DNA of 64,000 nt from Takakia lepidozioides. Taxonomy: Eukaryota > Plantae > Bryophyta. This document shows, one piece after another, positions 25,424 through 40,042 of this stretch (position 1 is the stretch's first letter; every line of letters starts with the position of its first letter). Under the pieces are notes generated by a model that was not told where the DNA came from, searched no databases, and was given only the letters and a program-made list of their open reading frames with translations. Made by a program: the position numbers and the translations under genes. The DNA lies in assembly GCA_030704615.1 (NCBI GenBank), contig CM060734.1, positions 61,070,001 to 61,134,000 on the forward strand, given 5' to 3'.

Positions 25424-28400
25424 ATGGCACTGCAACAGCAGCGCAGGATGAGGACTGTGCAGCAGAAGTTCCGAATGCGCGGCCTCACTCTGAATCTCGA
25501 CGCATTGAAGGCTGCTGTGAGCTTCATTGATGATTCCTGTGTGTCCGAAGCCGAGGCTTTGGAAGAGCTGCTTGCGGAGATCGATAAAAATTCATGTGAG
25601 TATCTATGTCATCGTTTTGTATGCTTCTAGTGTTAAAGGGATTATATTCACGGGCGGAGCGAGAACGTACAGTGTAGATGTTTGCTGTAAATTTGTGACG
25701 AATTCGATGCCCTTCAAGGAGTTGCAAGTTGTTACCGAAAAGGGACGGCGACTACACATGGAATGGGTAACAATCTCGGAATTCACGTAAGACTCAACTT
25801 AGTGATGGACAGTTGGCACTGCAATGAGGTATTTCCATTCCGGCAGCAACATCAGGGGGCGAGTTGGCAGCACATATGCATATCCCACTAGATTAAGTTG
25901 TGTGCATAAAAATCATGTAGGACTGTGGGTGACACGTTAAACGTTTGATTGTCGAGCTACCAATGTGCTCCGAATTCAGGTAGTGTCATGCATAGCGGAA
26001 TTGAGTCCCTTTGAGATGAGTAGTTTCCATCTCGCTGGTTTCTCCAGTCTTATCTAGACTGTAGGGGACAATGACAGGCAGACGCCTCATATGCTTACAT
26101 GGGTTGCTTGGAGTGGCAGTAAAGAGCAATGTGCTTAACAAGGAAGCGATTGAAAAGGTGCTTAGCACCCTGAAAGGGCTGAGTAGCGCCTACGAGGGGC
26201 AGGCACTACAGGTGATTGATGCTTTCCACGTGCCCCGCATCAGCTATGACCCCATTCGCAAGATCTTCTATCCGTATGTCAAAGCCTCCCCTCGCATTCA
26301 GAACTTTCCTACTGCTCTGGACTTACGAAATTGAACTATTTGGTTTTTGAGCGTGCCTGTGACGCTCTCTTTTCCATGCTTCAAAGCTAATGTGTTAGTT
26401 CCGCACAAAGGAGGAGCCCCTGATATGTGTTGCATTCTGCTAGATGGTGCACTTAACAGAACGGAACAATGATACAGGTTCACTGGAAAGCTCTCACTCC
26501 ATGGAGAAGCGCCTGCCAAAGCATCATTATATCGTGACAGGCTTCAGCTCCTGCAACAGCGACTAATGCGAGATAAACACTTTGCCAAGCCTGCCTTTGG
26601 AGGGCATGGATCCCACTCTGGAAGCTGCGAGGTTTATATTTTATGTTTGTTTGTTTGTTTTCAGTAGCTCAATTACTCTCACATGCATGCTCAGAAAGAG
26701 ACTCTACTGGAGAATCCTATTAAGTACAACCGCAGCTTTCATCCTCTGGGTGGTTTCCAATGCAGATGACGCCTTTGCAGTCATTAGTAGGGTGCACTGG
26801 CAAAAGGTGGGTGATGGGGGTAATCTCCCAGCTGGAAGATGGGCGATTTCACCTTGAAGACCTATCTGCTTCAGTTCCTGTCGATCTCTCTCAAGCCATA
26901 TCCTTATACAATTGAATCAACTCATTCTGATGGAGTGATTGAGTGAACTCACCAGGATTCCATTAGACCTTTCCACCTAAACGGTCAATATTGTATCCTT
27001 GACATGCAAACACAAGATAACGACGGGGTTTTTCACAGAGAATTCTGTAGTGGTGGCTGAAGGGGACCTGCAGCCTAATGGTGTGTTTCAGGTACATCCC
27101 TTCCTCATTTTTAATTCCTATTTATCAAACTAAGCTTTTGCCTTTAATCTACTTCTTATAGATAGCCCAGTAGTTTTGGCTCCGAAGATGTGGTCGCAGG
27201 TCCTTAGGCCCTTGTTTTCCTTGCCGTCACATTTCACTGTTATTCCATGAGTGGTGGAATTATTGTAGGGGTGTGATGACCTTCTTAATCGACTCAGTTG
27301 GTGATCTTTTGTGTATATGTTCTGTAATTGCACTAAGAGCAATGTAAGCATGGTTCACACATCGCTGGATGCAGTGGAGGCAGTAATTGAGCTTATCATT
27401 GCCAGTATGTGCAGTTGCACGCGCCATGTGTATATGTACCATAGATGTTGTGCCGGTGTATTATTTGCTTTGGTTCTGGTGGGGTGCCTATTCAGGTTGA
27501 AGTTAGATGAAGCAATTGAAGGCTTTATGGAGTATGCCTCAGCTGGTATACTTCAGTCCTGAAGTTGAGGATTCACACAAACACCGGCAACACCACAAAA
27601 GTTTGAAGCTGTCTTATGATGCTTTGGAGAAGGACTAATGCTGACAGTGCACTTGCTTGCAATGAGCAGATCCACACCTTAGGTTTTCCTCCTCTTGAGA
27701 GCAGACAGACATCTCTGCAGATCACAGCGGGCCTCGATTTTTTTGGGAAAGGTCCTCTGTCCAAAGAGGAGATTGTATCCTCCCCTCGAGTCTAACATAA
27801 CACCTCTCTTGCACAAAGACTCTTCTGCTACCAGCAGGCATTCCCACCTCTCACTTTCTCCTTTTGAAATTACTTCAACCTTATCTTTAATAGGACACTT
27901 TGATAATAGGACATGCACAACATCATAGGAAACACTTATTCAACTGAACTAGGTCATTGGTCTCTGCGCTACTTTAAAGAGAAGAGAGGGGGTTGTGTGT
28001 GGACACCAATATATGAGACTAGCCATGTCAGGTTGTACGGAATGAACAAGCACGATGGCAATCTCTTTGATTGGAAAAACAGATTCGACTGGAACAGCTT
28101 GAAAAGAAGGCAGAGAATGACATGTTTGTCATCCTCTCTGATGTCTGGCTTGACAGTAAAGAGGTACACTGGAATCTATGAGTTCCTAATCCAAGAAATA
28201 ATGCAATTGCAGTCTATAGTCAAGGTTATGTGCATGGGGGCAATGTCGCTCCTAGTGCTGGAATTGTGCCAATTTAAGGACTGGGTTATCTTGTGTTAAG
28301 CTTAAAATTTCTCCATATTATGCCTGGCGTCTAAAATTCTGCCATTGCTGCTATAGGATTATAATGCACTTAAATGTCCACAACATGAAATCTCAAATTG

Positions 28401-30946
28401 TCGTGTTCGAGGACAAGACACACAATGATTAAGAACTGAGGTGGTGCCTGGGTGGTGAAGGGCAGACAATGCAGAAGCTGGGACAAGTTCTAGGTGGGTA
28501 CGAGGCAGTGGACGTGGTGCCTTCCCTCTTCATTTTGCTCGGCAACTTCTCCTCCCATCCCTGCAACCTGGCCTTCCATGGCTATTCTGAGCTTCGGTAG
28601 GCCATGACCACCAGATGTAATATTTCAAGGAAGTGATTTGGAAGTCTTCTTCGCAGAATTGATGATGAGCATCCATACAGCAATTATATATATTCTCACA
28701 ATGAAACTTGGTAAAGTATACTGTCCATAGTGCTTGCTTTTGGACTCGAGAGCTGAAAAGTTAAGCCAAATTCTGTTCTGCGCAGATCCCAATTTGAACT
28801 GCTGGGATCATTGATTGCAAGTCATCCACGAATCAAGGAGGGAAGCCGGTTCCTGTTTGTTCCAGGCCCTGGTGACCCTGGTGTGTAGGTCCACCTTGGT
28901 TCTCTTGACAGTAACATAACATTGGCTCTTCAGACACACCCTGGGCTTAGTTTCAGACCACAGTTAACTTTCCTCTCTGTGTCAATGAGCGGCTGTGGAA
29001 CAGTAAAACTTCTCTGAGTTTATTTGAAAGGAATCTGGCTCAGAACGTTTTTGTTGTACATAGTTCATGGGACACAAGTTCATAGCTGCTTGAACGGTTA
29101 TAGGTGTGTGTCTGCATTGCACAGAAAAGGGGTGTGCTCGAATGAAAGTGGCATAATGGGGTACTGTGGAGAGCCCAACAGGGCAGGAGTCCAAACCCAG
29201 AATGGAAGCTAAATAAGAAATACGTTGATGTGCAAAAGTTCAGTGCCTACACAGGATACTACCTGAATTAAAGAAGGCTCCAATGCTGAAAGTGGTCTGA
29301 TTTAGAGACATCAGAGATTCTATGGTGTCTTGAAAGATCCACTGAAATGGTTTTCTGTACTCATATTGGTGAGGATCAGGACCATCTAATGTCTTACCCA
29401 GGCCTGCCTTGCCCAAGTTCTTCACAAATGAGATTCTCAAGCACCTTCCCAATGCCATTTTTGGAAGCAATCCTTGCAGGTAAACCTTCTCCTTTGCTGT
29501 TGTTCTACAATCCAGTTTCGTGGTTCTGTCTGCGGTGTTGATTGAGCAGTTTCCCACTGCAGTGTACACTGTCTGACATGTGCATGTACATTAAAAACGA
29601 GCCAACCTTGTGTGCTCTTGTAGAACAAGTGTGATTGCTGAAACTATTGCAGAGGTGGCTTCTAAGGAAATGGTAGAAATATATTTGCACATTACTTTTT
29701 GAATATAGGCCAGTCAAACCAAGATGGATATTTCATATACCCTGATGCGTGAAAATGTGTGGATGGAAAAAAAGGGTTAGGTTCTATTCGCAAGAGATTG
29801 TGGTATTTCGGGAGGACCTACAATACCGCATGCGGCGCTCCTGCATCTGCATTCCTTCTGAAGAAGAAACCAATGATCCCTTTGAGCATGTCTGTTGGCC
29901 TGCCTTCTCCCCCTTTACTCCAGTCACAATGTCAATCAAGCATATTGTATTCCTGATTAGGAGATGAAGAGAAAGATATATTTCAGACATGCTTCAATGG
30001 TGCTGCTTTTGTTCTTACAGGAGCTAGACTTCATCATGAAGTTAGCGCCTAACCTTGAGAGTGCAGTTGGAAATATGGGAAGGAGGCTGTCTGGAATTAT
30101 TGGCTTCAACTGGTGTTTTCTCACTTTTCCTTGCATGAATCTAAAGTCTGTTTGTCTGTTATTGAAATGCAGCTGGTTGTGACTGTGACACATCAAAGCC
30201 ACCTTTGCCCATTGCCACTCACAACACAACCCATTATTTGGAGCTATGACCACGCGCTCTCCCTGTACCCCACACCCCACACAGTACATCTACTTTGCCC
30301 TTTTTTTGAGTTTCTCTTTTGGCTTCCATGTCACTGAGCCTATTCTGTTGTGTTTGGATACACTCGAGATCTTAACACCTTTGAGTTTTATTCAACAAAA
30401 TGATGGTTATCTCTCATCTGAGGTTGATAATACTGAGCTCCACACTGACAACTCTAGACATTTTTCAGATGCATATTGGATGGTGTTGTGAACTAGCACC
30501 TCCACCTGCTATCCTCCACATGATTGCTGCACTATGGAATCTCCTTTTGGTATGGATTCCAGTGGGAGGAGTACGTCCTGTTTCCATCGTGGTGATTGTT
30601 GTGGTCTCTCGATCATTTGTAACGTAACACCCCGCTTTTTTGCAGAGGCCAACATTCGTTTGGAATTTGCGCTTTTATCTGCTGTAGCTTACGAAAGCTA
30701 TGCCAGTGCACGACTCCTCCTCGCACGAGTCTTGCTAGTTCTGATCAGTATCTGTTCCGGGAGCAAATCCTTGTTTCTTACGATGGACTTTTGACCTGGT
30801 TGTAGATTGTTTTGGCGGACCGAGCCGAGCAGAAGGTTTTCCCCTACGTGGGAGTCACATGTTTCAACCCGGGTTCATTTGCAAATGATGGCACCTTCAT
30901 CGCTTACCGACCGGCCTCAAGGGAAGCTGAGATGTCCGCTATCTGA
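25424..30946 (+). CDS. DPB2: DNA polymerase epsilon subunit B
   Basis: 13 phase-consistent exons: 25424-25595, 26120-26273, 26478-26631, 26766-26897, 27014-27091, 27670-27774, 28083-28163, 28466-28596, 28786-28880, 29380-29479, 29775-29889, 30173-30283, 30806-30946. Motifs LSDVWLD, FVPGPGDP, SNPCR, HQSHLCPLP, FNPGSF. Confidence 0.95.
26898..27013 (+). other. U12-type AT-AC intron in DPB2
   Basis: 5' ATATCCTT, branch site TCCTTGAC 10 nt before the terminal AC; removal joins DLSQA to KITTGFFTEN. Confidence 0.93.
27775..28082 (+). other. U12-type GT-AG intron in DPB2
   Basis: 5' GTATCCTC, branch-like TCTTTGAT close to the AG, no polypyrimidine tract. Confidence 0.7.
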
Positions 30947-32206
30947 TTCCCGAGCATGTTAACCGCCAGCAGCATGTTGATTAGCTCCCGAACTGAGTGA
31001 GTGAACATCTACTAGAGGACATTGCTGATTTAATCATCTGGAAGCTTTGCAGATGTAGTCTTTAGTCTGCACAGCACTCGCAGAATGATGCAATCCGGAA
31101 TGAGCCACACCTGCATCTATCGAATTGATCTCGTAATAAAAATCTCCTTCCGAACTTGCTTTGCAGAGATTGGATGAGCTCAATGCTGTTGCTCATGGCT
31201 TGATCATCTGCACAATGCCTGCTTATTGAATACCTTGGAATTTCTGTCCAAGAACGAAGTGGGCTTGAGAAAGGTTTTGCCAGTCCAATGGTTTCCAGGG
31301 ATGTTGTATTGTCCACAGCCAAGTTCATCAAACATCTGCGAGGACGGGAGGATCCTTTGTGTAACACGACACTGGGGTTTGATCAGCGTCAACAGTCCAT
31401 GCATCACTACGCCATAGCTCGCAAGCTCTCCTAATTGTTTAACAGCCATAGACTTGTGGATGAACAATCATATATTCTGTAGGTTCTAGATGGATGAAAT
31501 CTGCTCTCGAGGCTGCGTTTGGAGTGAACTGGCAAAACAGGATGGACAGAAAGTGGATGAAACGAGGCTGAATCTGCGGCGTGGAGCAACGAAGTGTAGA
31601 TCCCGCATATGTGCCTCGACTGGATAACAATCTTGCGAGACAGAGTCTAGAGAGTCTACTAGAGACACAGAGCGGGCGATCAGGTCTGGAGGCACCAGAT
31701 TGGCGCTATATTGCATGGTGCATCACAAAGGTCAGAAAGGTGAGCTCAATTGTTGCTATTGTTTGGTGAGAATCTAGGCGAAGGAGGAGGAAGCAATTTG
31801 TGTTTTTTGTAGAACTCATGGAGGCGTTGCGGGTGGTAGTCTACACTCTGGGCCTTCTTACATGGTGGATTCGTCAGGATGAAGCACGTGGATAATTTTG
31901 CTGGGGCCAGCTAATTGAAGGTGAGATTGTCAGCTTGATCTCTGGGATTCTCTGGTTTGTTTTGATGGATTCTCATCCTGGCCCATTGTGATTTGACGTG
32001 TTAGGCTGGGACGAAGCATGAGGGAATGCAAGATCAATCGGGCCTACGACTGCGACCGCGTTGTATTCTATCAGCAGACTGCCTGTACTTTGGTGATCCA
32101 GTGAGATGAGCAGGGGAGGGGAGGGGGGGAGGGGAGGGGAGGCTACGTTGTTTCAAGGATTCCTGTTGAAGCCTGAGGGGCATCAAGCTGCATTGCAACA
32201 GTAATC

Positions 32207-35200
32207 ATGAAGCGCACAAGGGAAGAGAGCGGCTCAGGGCCGCAGAGCAAGCGGGCAGCTGGATTTCGGGGAGAGACATCGGAGGCAGCTGGGCAGCGGC
32301 TCACAACTGAGGATGCCTTTACTTACTTGAAAGCCGTCAAAGATAAATTCGAGGATGACAAGGACAAGTACGACGAGTTTCTGGAAGTGATGAAAGAATT
32401 CAAGGCACAAAAAATTGATACAAATGGTGTGATCGCCAGAGTGAAGGAGCTGTTCAAGGGACACCGAGCCCTGATACTTGGTTTCAACGCCTTTCTTCCC
32501 AACGGCTATGAAATCACTTTGCCACTGGAGGAGGACAAGAAGCAGCCGGTTGAGTTCAACCAGGCAATCAATTATGTGAACAAGATCAAGGCACGCTTTC
32601 AGAGTGATGAGCAGGTGTATAAGGCATTCTTGGAGATTCTTAACTTGTATCGCAAAGGAAAGAAGAACATCAATGAAGTTTACCAGGAGGTAGCCACACT
32701 CTTCCAAAGACATTCAGATCTTCTCCAAGAATTCACTTACTTCCTGCCGGAGTCCACAGGTCCTCCTGTGTCAACTGTTCCTCGCTCTCCAGCCACACCT
32801 GTGAATCAGAGTGCATGTAAAGAGGGAAAATCCTCTAGAGCTGCCATGGGCCATCATAATAAAAAAAGTGACGCAAAGAGGGAAAAGTTTGCAGCTGTCC
32901 ATGATGAAAGGCATGATGGCTCAGGTGGACACCGTGAGCCAGACCCTCAGCGGTCTAGCATTGGGATAGAAAAGGAGCGCAAGAAGGGGGACAAAGAAAA
33001 AGAAAAGAAGCATAATGGGGAGGGGAAGGAATGGGAGAGGGAGAAAATTCACACAGAACGGACTAGGGAAAAGGATTGGGATGCCATGCAAAGGTTGCCA
33101 AATAAGCGCAAATCTGCTCGGCGGGCTGATGAACTCATCCGCAAGCAAGCTCAGGCAGGCGAAGGTGAAGCATTTGCATTTCTGGCTGCAATACCTTCAG
33201 TGGACAATGAGAAGCTTATAGCAAGTGGTACAAGCTATGCTTTTTTTGATAAGGTCAAATCAAGGTTACGCGACCATGATACTTACCAAGAGTTTATCCA
33301 GTGCCTTAACATCTTTAGCCAGGAAATTATTAGCCGTTGGTCGAGTTGCAAAGCCTGGTGCAAAGCCTGGTGAGTGACATTTTGGGAAACCATGCAGACC
33401 TTATGGAAGGCTTCAATGAGTTTCTCTCACACTGCGAAAACGTTGAGGGTTATTTGGCAGGGGTGTTTAGTAACAGAAATTTGGGCGAGTTTGGGGAAGA
33501 AATGTTGGTGAAGCCAAAGATGGAGGATTACAAGGAAAGGGACAGGGACAAGGAAAAGGATGGGGAAAGAGAGAGGGAGAGGGAAAGGGACCGTAACAGA
33601 GACAGGGACAAAGAGCGAGAGAGAGAGAAGTTGAGCACCCATCCTCCTAAGGAGGGACTGCATAAAGTTTCTATAATTCCTAACAAGGACAAGTACATCA
33701 AAAAGCCCGTTTCAGAGCTTGATCTGTCCAATTGCGAGCTCTGCACTCCCAGTTATCGTCTGCTACCAAAGCACTATCCGAGACCAATAGCCACTCATCG
33801 CACAGCTTTGGGGAATTCCGTGCTGAATGACAGCTGGGTGTCTGTTACATCGGGCAGTGAGGACTACTCCTTCACGCACATGCGCAAGAATGAGTATGAG
33901 GAAAGCCTGTTTCGTTGCGAAGATGACCGGTTTGAACTTGACATGCTGTTGGAGTCTACTGTGTGCACAGCAAAGCTCGTGGGGGAATATGTTCCCAAGC
34001 TTCAACATACGGGCAGCCCGCAAGAGTTTCCATTTCGTGTAAGTGAACACCTTTCAGCCATCAATTTGAGGTGCATTGAGCGCATATATGGGGATCATGG
34101 GGTGGACATCATTGATCTGCTTAGGAGGAACCCTTCCTCAGCCTTGCCCGTGATTCACAGCCGCCTCAAGCAGAAACAAGAGGAATGGTCTACTTGCCGC
34201 ATGGACATGAACAAGGTCTGGGCTGAAGTGTATAATAAAAATTATCACAAGGCTCTTGATCACCGCAGTTTCTACTTTAGACAGCAAGACAAGAGAAGCT
34301 TGAGCACAAAGGGACTGTTGGCAGAAATCAAAGAGATAAACAAAAAGAAAAGAGGGGAAAATGAGACGATGCTAGCTGTTGCAGCAGGGAGCTGCAGGTT
34401 ATCGTCTCCAGAGTTACGGTTTGAGTATGCAGATGCTACAATTCATGAAGATTTGTATCAGATCCTCAAGCACTCATCTGAGGATGTTTGCACTACGATG
34501 GAGCAGTCAGACAAGGTAATGCAAATATGGACAAATTTCTTGGAACCCATGTTTGGGATACAACCTCGGTGTCGTGGCGTGGAGGACATGGAGGAGGCTG
34601 CCAAGATGAAAGGATTAGAGCCCAAAAGGAGTGGTTCAATTGTAAGGGAAAATGGTGCTATGGAGGGTGCTGCAGCACTCGGGTCAGCTACGGCCATGAG
34701 TGGTGGATTGATGGATGAGTTTGCAACAGCTACTAGAAATCTTGGTACTGTTGAGAAGACTGGTGCAGGGGGGCACATTATGATGAAAGGGGAGGCTGCC
34801 ATTACAACAGGTGGTGGGGAGACCAAGCAGGATGAAATAGTATATGCTCCCTTTGGGAGTGAGGAAACCCTTGGATCAGACAAATTGCAGGCCTTGGTCA
34901 TTCAAAATAATACAGTTCCTGTGAGGCCATATACAAGCATGGCTGACAGTAGAACAATGGTTGCTGCTACACCAGGGGTAGGAGGGACCCAAGTTGTAGT
35001 AGGTGGAACGCCTCTTGCCCTAACGTCTCTGCATGAATCTGGCTGCATTGGCACAGACGGTTCAGTTGCAAAGCAAAGACTTTTGGCACCTGGGGCACAG
35101 GAAGCTGATTGGAGGTCAAATGGTGCTGGGGTAGAGAGCAAGGCTGTGGGGTCAAATCTGGAGGCTTCTCCAGCAAAGGAGGTGGAGGGGAGTGGGATCC

Positions 35201-36613
35201 TTGCATGGATGGAGAGGAAAGAAGGAGAGCTTTCGCCCTCCCCAGAATTAGAGGACACACACAAGTCTAGTCCTGCAGGTGACTTAAAGACATATGGATC
35301 CAATCGAGCATTGAAAGAGAATTGCACAGACAAAAAATGACTAATGAAGATGGAAGGCGTGCTGAAAGAGATCTGACACTGATGATGAAGGGGAAGAAAG
35401 TGTTAAAAAGTCCAGTGAAGATAGCGACAATGCATCAGAAGCTGGGCTAGAGGTGTCTGTGAGTGAGTCGGGTGAGGAACAATCTGAGCACGAGGAAGAG
35501 GAGGAGGAGGAGGAAGAGGAGCAAGAAGGCAAAGCCGAGAGTGAAGGTGAGGCAGAAGGCATAGCGGGTGTTTATGACAGGGAAGGGGATGGTTACTCTT
35601 TGCTGGGGTCACCTGATTGTTCATTCTCAGTGTGTAAGCCCCTGGCTGTGCACACAGCTTCAGCAGAGAGCAACACTGTAGATCCTCATAGCAGAAAGGA
35701 TGGTCGAATTTTCTATGGGAACGATCTATTTTACCTCCTTTTCAGGTTCCATCAGACACTGTATGAGCGTATACTCTCTTCCAAGTCAAATGCATTCGCT
35801 GCAGAACAGAAGTGGAAAGCGATGAAGGACACAGCACGTCCCAATCTGTATGCAAGGTTCATGCAGGTGCTGTATGGCCTGCTTGATGGATCATTGGACA
35901 ACAAAAAATTTGAGGATGAGTGTCGTGCCATCATTGTTACTCAATCATATGTCCTGTTCACCCTGGACAAACTCATCTTCAAACTTAGTAAACAGTTGCA
36001 AGCTGCCTCATCTGATGATGTGGCAGGTAAGCTGTTGGCACTTCACTCCTCCGAAAAGGCTGGGGAGGATGTTGATCTGGTCTACCATGCTAATATCTGT
36101 GTTCTACTTCACGACGAGAATATCTATCGAATCGAGCACAGATTGGTCTCCAGTGAATTGCTCATCCAGCTCATGGAAGGGGGGCCAGAGAAGGTAGATG
36201 TTCCAGGGAATGCCTTGGAGTTCTCTTTTCAGGCTTACTTGGATAAATTTCTGCTTTCAGTGCCAACTGCGAAAGATCCTCGTGTCTTTTTGGCACGCAA
36301 CAAGAGACTGCATTATGCAGAGGACGATTCTGCAATAAAGAATGCAAATGCAGAGGTGCGGGATTGTGAATGGTTTGGAGTACAAAATATCTTGCCACAC
36401 GTGCGTCTAGAGTGTTTAAAGAATCAACTTGATCTGCTGCGGTTCGGAGGATCTGTTTGTGCGGCGCGGCGAAGACGTGCCTGCATCAACCACACTGCAT
36501 CTGATAGAAAGGAGGGTCAACGACGCCATGCCTTCAGTGAATGGATTGACAAACAAATTGGTGCTATCAAAGACAGGTTAGGTGTTGGCTATATCCTACT
36601 TAACCCCCCTTGA
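32207..36613 (+). pseudogene. SIN3: Intronless SIN3-like (PAH1-3, HDAC-interacting domain, Sin3 C-terminal domain) copy with frameshifts
   Basis: LTTEDAFTYLKAVK (PAH1), VEFNQAINYVNKIK (PAH2), [37 protein letters not shown]; frame breaks near 33337, 35335-35380 and 36360. Confidence 0.9.
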
Positions 36614-38953
36614 ACAGCCCCAGCCCAAGTTAGCTAGTGCCAACTCAGTAAAAGAAATCATGGGAAACTTTATGTTGCTTTGGTATTTGATGCTACCTCT
36701 CTTGGAAGTCTTCCACCGGTGTGGGCCTTATCAGAAAGTTGGGTGAACAACAGTCTCTTTGTCTTTCAGACTTTGATACAAAGAAACTGTCACAAGTTGA
36801 AATCCTTGCCTAGCTCCAGCATACCCACTTTGGAGGATGAAACCGTACAAGACCAGTAAACTGCCAGAAAGGAGAAGAGAGTGCAAGTTAGGCTGGCAAG
36901 AACTATGGGAGAGAATGTTTCAAACCTCTTGCATCTGGAAGACATTCTATAGTTCTTGAATGTGCCACTGCCATAGGGCAACATCTTATGCTAGTCGATA
37001 GTGTATGTTGAATGGTGACTTGATACATATTTCTGAGTAGCAAGCTGACAGTATTCATATATGACTACATTTTCTACACTCATCGGTTACAACACCTTAT
37101 ACACCCAAATGGCGTTTATGCTTGCAGTAGCTCTATTGAACACCGCCCGTGATGGATTACATCATACCTTCGATTTTCAATCAGGTGAATTGCTTTTGGT
37201 CTCTCAGCTGTTTGGGGTGGGGTGTTGCTTCGATTCTTGACTCCTGTTCCCTGCAGGTTTGAGGAGTTTGCATCGCAATTGACTCCTTGCTGAGGCTGGT
37301 GATTTGAATTTTCAATGGCAATTGTGCTATATGGGGGCTCGTCCGTTCACTGCTGGGCCCTGTCACTCATACAAGCTGTTGGGTGGCACATCATTTTGGG
37401 CTCGGGCAAGGCTGTTGGGTGCCTGGATTGACTGCACACACTGAGGTTTATTCCAGCTCTGCTGCAATAGACCTCTAGCTTAGTAACACATGTGGCAAAG
37501 GGAGGTTCGACTGTCAAGGAAATAGTACAGGGAAAGAGAGAGACAGAGGGACCCACACATCCACCCAGATAGCCTGGTGGAACAGAAAATGTGAGGAAGG
37601 AGAGAGGGGCAGGGAGAGCAGAAGTGGGGCGGCTAGTATTTGGGGAAGGCTCCTCCCAGCAGTGCGACTGCTCCATTACAATTAGTCGAATCTGAACCTC
37701 CAATTTCTGGAGTGAGCTCTTTACCCGACCTCAGAATTCAGACTGAAACAGGTTGACAGCTTTTCTTGAACCTGTCAAACTGAAAAAAGATGCAGTGACT
37801 CTCTTTTCATGCTTTGAAAGAGGGGCATCTTGTTCTGAAGTGTTATGTTGTACTGCTGCACACACCCTGACACCCGAGTAAGTTGGGTTGTTTATAAACT
37901 TTGCTCTCAGGCACCTTCCCTTCTACAGTCACCCAATAAAAGTAAGGGAGAGATTGTGGGGGGTGGTTGTCGGGGTCTCTGGCTTGCATGTGTAGTGGTA
38001 CTATGTGGTTACAAGTGCAGGTGGTAACTCTCTCAAAGGGCCGGATTGTTAATTCCACATACGAAGAAGGCAAGTCTGCTACCGAATATTGTTGTAGCTA
38101 AACCAATGCTGATTTGCCTCTTCTGCAACTGTTGTTTCTTGCTGTGCAGTCAGGCAATCCATCATGCAGGCCGTTGAAGTTGAGTTGGCCGTTTGGGTAT
38201 CAGTTTGATGGTGTTTCTCGAAGGAAAACTTGGATCGCCCCTCATGACATTCAGGGCATCAATTCATTTGAAATTGCATAGGTGGGGAGTACTTAAAGGA
38301 AACTGAACCCTAATTTTCCAATCGCACCAAGAATTCCACATCCGTAGTTCCCAAGAAACCGTGAAGTGCACTGCACAACACAAGTGAACTGTCCACCAGA
38401 CAGAGCTTGCATGCGGCAAGTCTCCAGCTCTCATTCATCCATTTCCGTCTTTCATTCAGTCATTCATACCAGCAATGTTAAGACTTGACGCCAAGCCATT
38501 ACACGATGCCGCGGGAAAGACGTTAGATCTCTACAGATCCAAGAACGCTCTCGACAGTCCGTCCACTTTGTTTCGACGGCTGAGATCTACCAGAGCCCCG
38601 TTTTGAAGCTGCTAATTTTTTGTCTGTCCTTCGGATTTAGCGCGTGCGTGCCGTCGCCTCTAAAGATGGACGGATCTCGGCCTTTGGGAAGAAAAGACGG
38701 CGTGGATGTGCGAAAGAAGGGGAGGCTGGTTAGGACTGAGGAGGAGCTATGGCGGACTGCTCTTGCCCTCCCGCGACTCGGCCTCGATTGAGGGGCTCTC
38801 GTGTGATCGATGCGCGGCTTCTTGGTCTGATCTTTAGCGGATCCACCAGATCGTTGTGGGAGGCTGATCTACGGAAAAATCTGAGCTTGGTGCGAGATAG
38901 AGATCTGTGAGAGGCGGAAAGAAAGAAAGAAAGGCAGAGAAGGAATGGAAGGG

Positions 38954-40008
38954 ATTGGGGAAGGGGCTGTCGGCGAGTGTGGGAGTGTTGAGGAAGATTG
39001 TGTTGACTTACTTATGTGGGGATATGGATCACTCTCAGCTTCACAGTGATCGTGTTCAACAAGTACATCTTAGATCGGAAGATGTACAACTGGCCTTACC
39101 CGATCAGCCTCACCTAGACACATGGCATTCTGTTTCACGCTCGCCTTTCTGCTTGTCCGCGTCTTCAAGTTCGTGGAGCCTGTGGGGATGTCCAGAGAGC
39201 TTTACATGTCGTCGTGTTCCCCATTGGAGCCCTCTATTCTCTGTCCCTGTGGTTGTCCAATTCGGCCTACATATATCTCTCTGTCTCCTTCATTCAGATG
39301 CTGAAGGCTCTAATGCCGGTGGCGGTCTACTCGACTGGTGTCCTGCTCAAGAAGGAGATGTTCAAGTCGCAGACGATGGCCAATATGGTTGGGATATCCC
39401 TGGGAGTAGGGGTCGCGGCATACGGTGAGGCCCAGTTTAATGGCTGGTGGGTAATGTTGCAACTGGGAGCAGTGGCATTTGAAGCTATGCGCTTGGTATT
39501 GATCCAGATTCTTCTGACCTCGAAAGGCATCTCTCTCAACCCTATCACGTCTCTCTACTACGTTGCTCCTTGCTGTTTTTTGTTCCTCTCGATCCCTTGG
39601 ATTCTGGTCGAGTATCCCGTTCTGAGGGAAACCTCGTCGTTCAAGTTGGATTACCTTGTATTTGGTACAAATTCTGCCTGCGCTTTTGCGCTTAACCTCG
39701 CAGTTTTCCTTCTAGTGGGAAAAAGTTCAGCTTTGACGATGAATGTGGCGGGCGTGGTGAAAGATTGGTTGCTCATTGCTTTTTCATGGTCTTTCATCAA
39801 GGACAAGGTCACCACGATCAACCTGATTGGTTATGGTGTTGCCTTCGTTGGCGTATGCTTCTACAACCACGCCAACTTGCAGGCACTCAAAGCCAAAGAA
39901 GTTCAGAAGAAAGTGCAGGCTGACGAGGAGGCTGACCTTCTTATGGAACACAAGCATGATAGACAAGAGGACGATAGCCTCCAGCCAGGACGAAAAAATG
40001 ATGCTTAG
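38954..40008 (+). pseudogene. TPT/nucleotide-sugar transporter (UAfT-like) with frameshifts in the 5' third
   Basis: [59 protein letters not shown]; probable start ATGGGG now ATTGGGG; breaks near 39011, 39115 and 39213. Confidence 0.88.
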
Positions 40009-40042
40009 AGACTTACATTGGCTAACACCATTGTCCATTCTC

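Noticed and set aside
32234-35624. Long antisense ORFs over SIN3 (and similar ones over the Myb gene)
   Set aside because: Shadow frames of real coding sequence.
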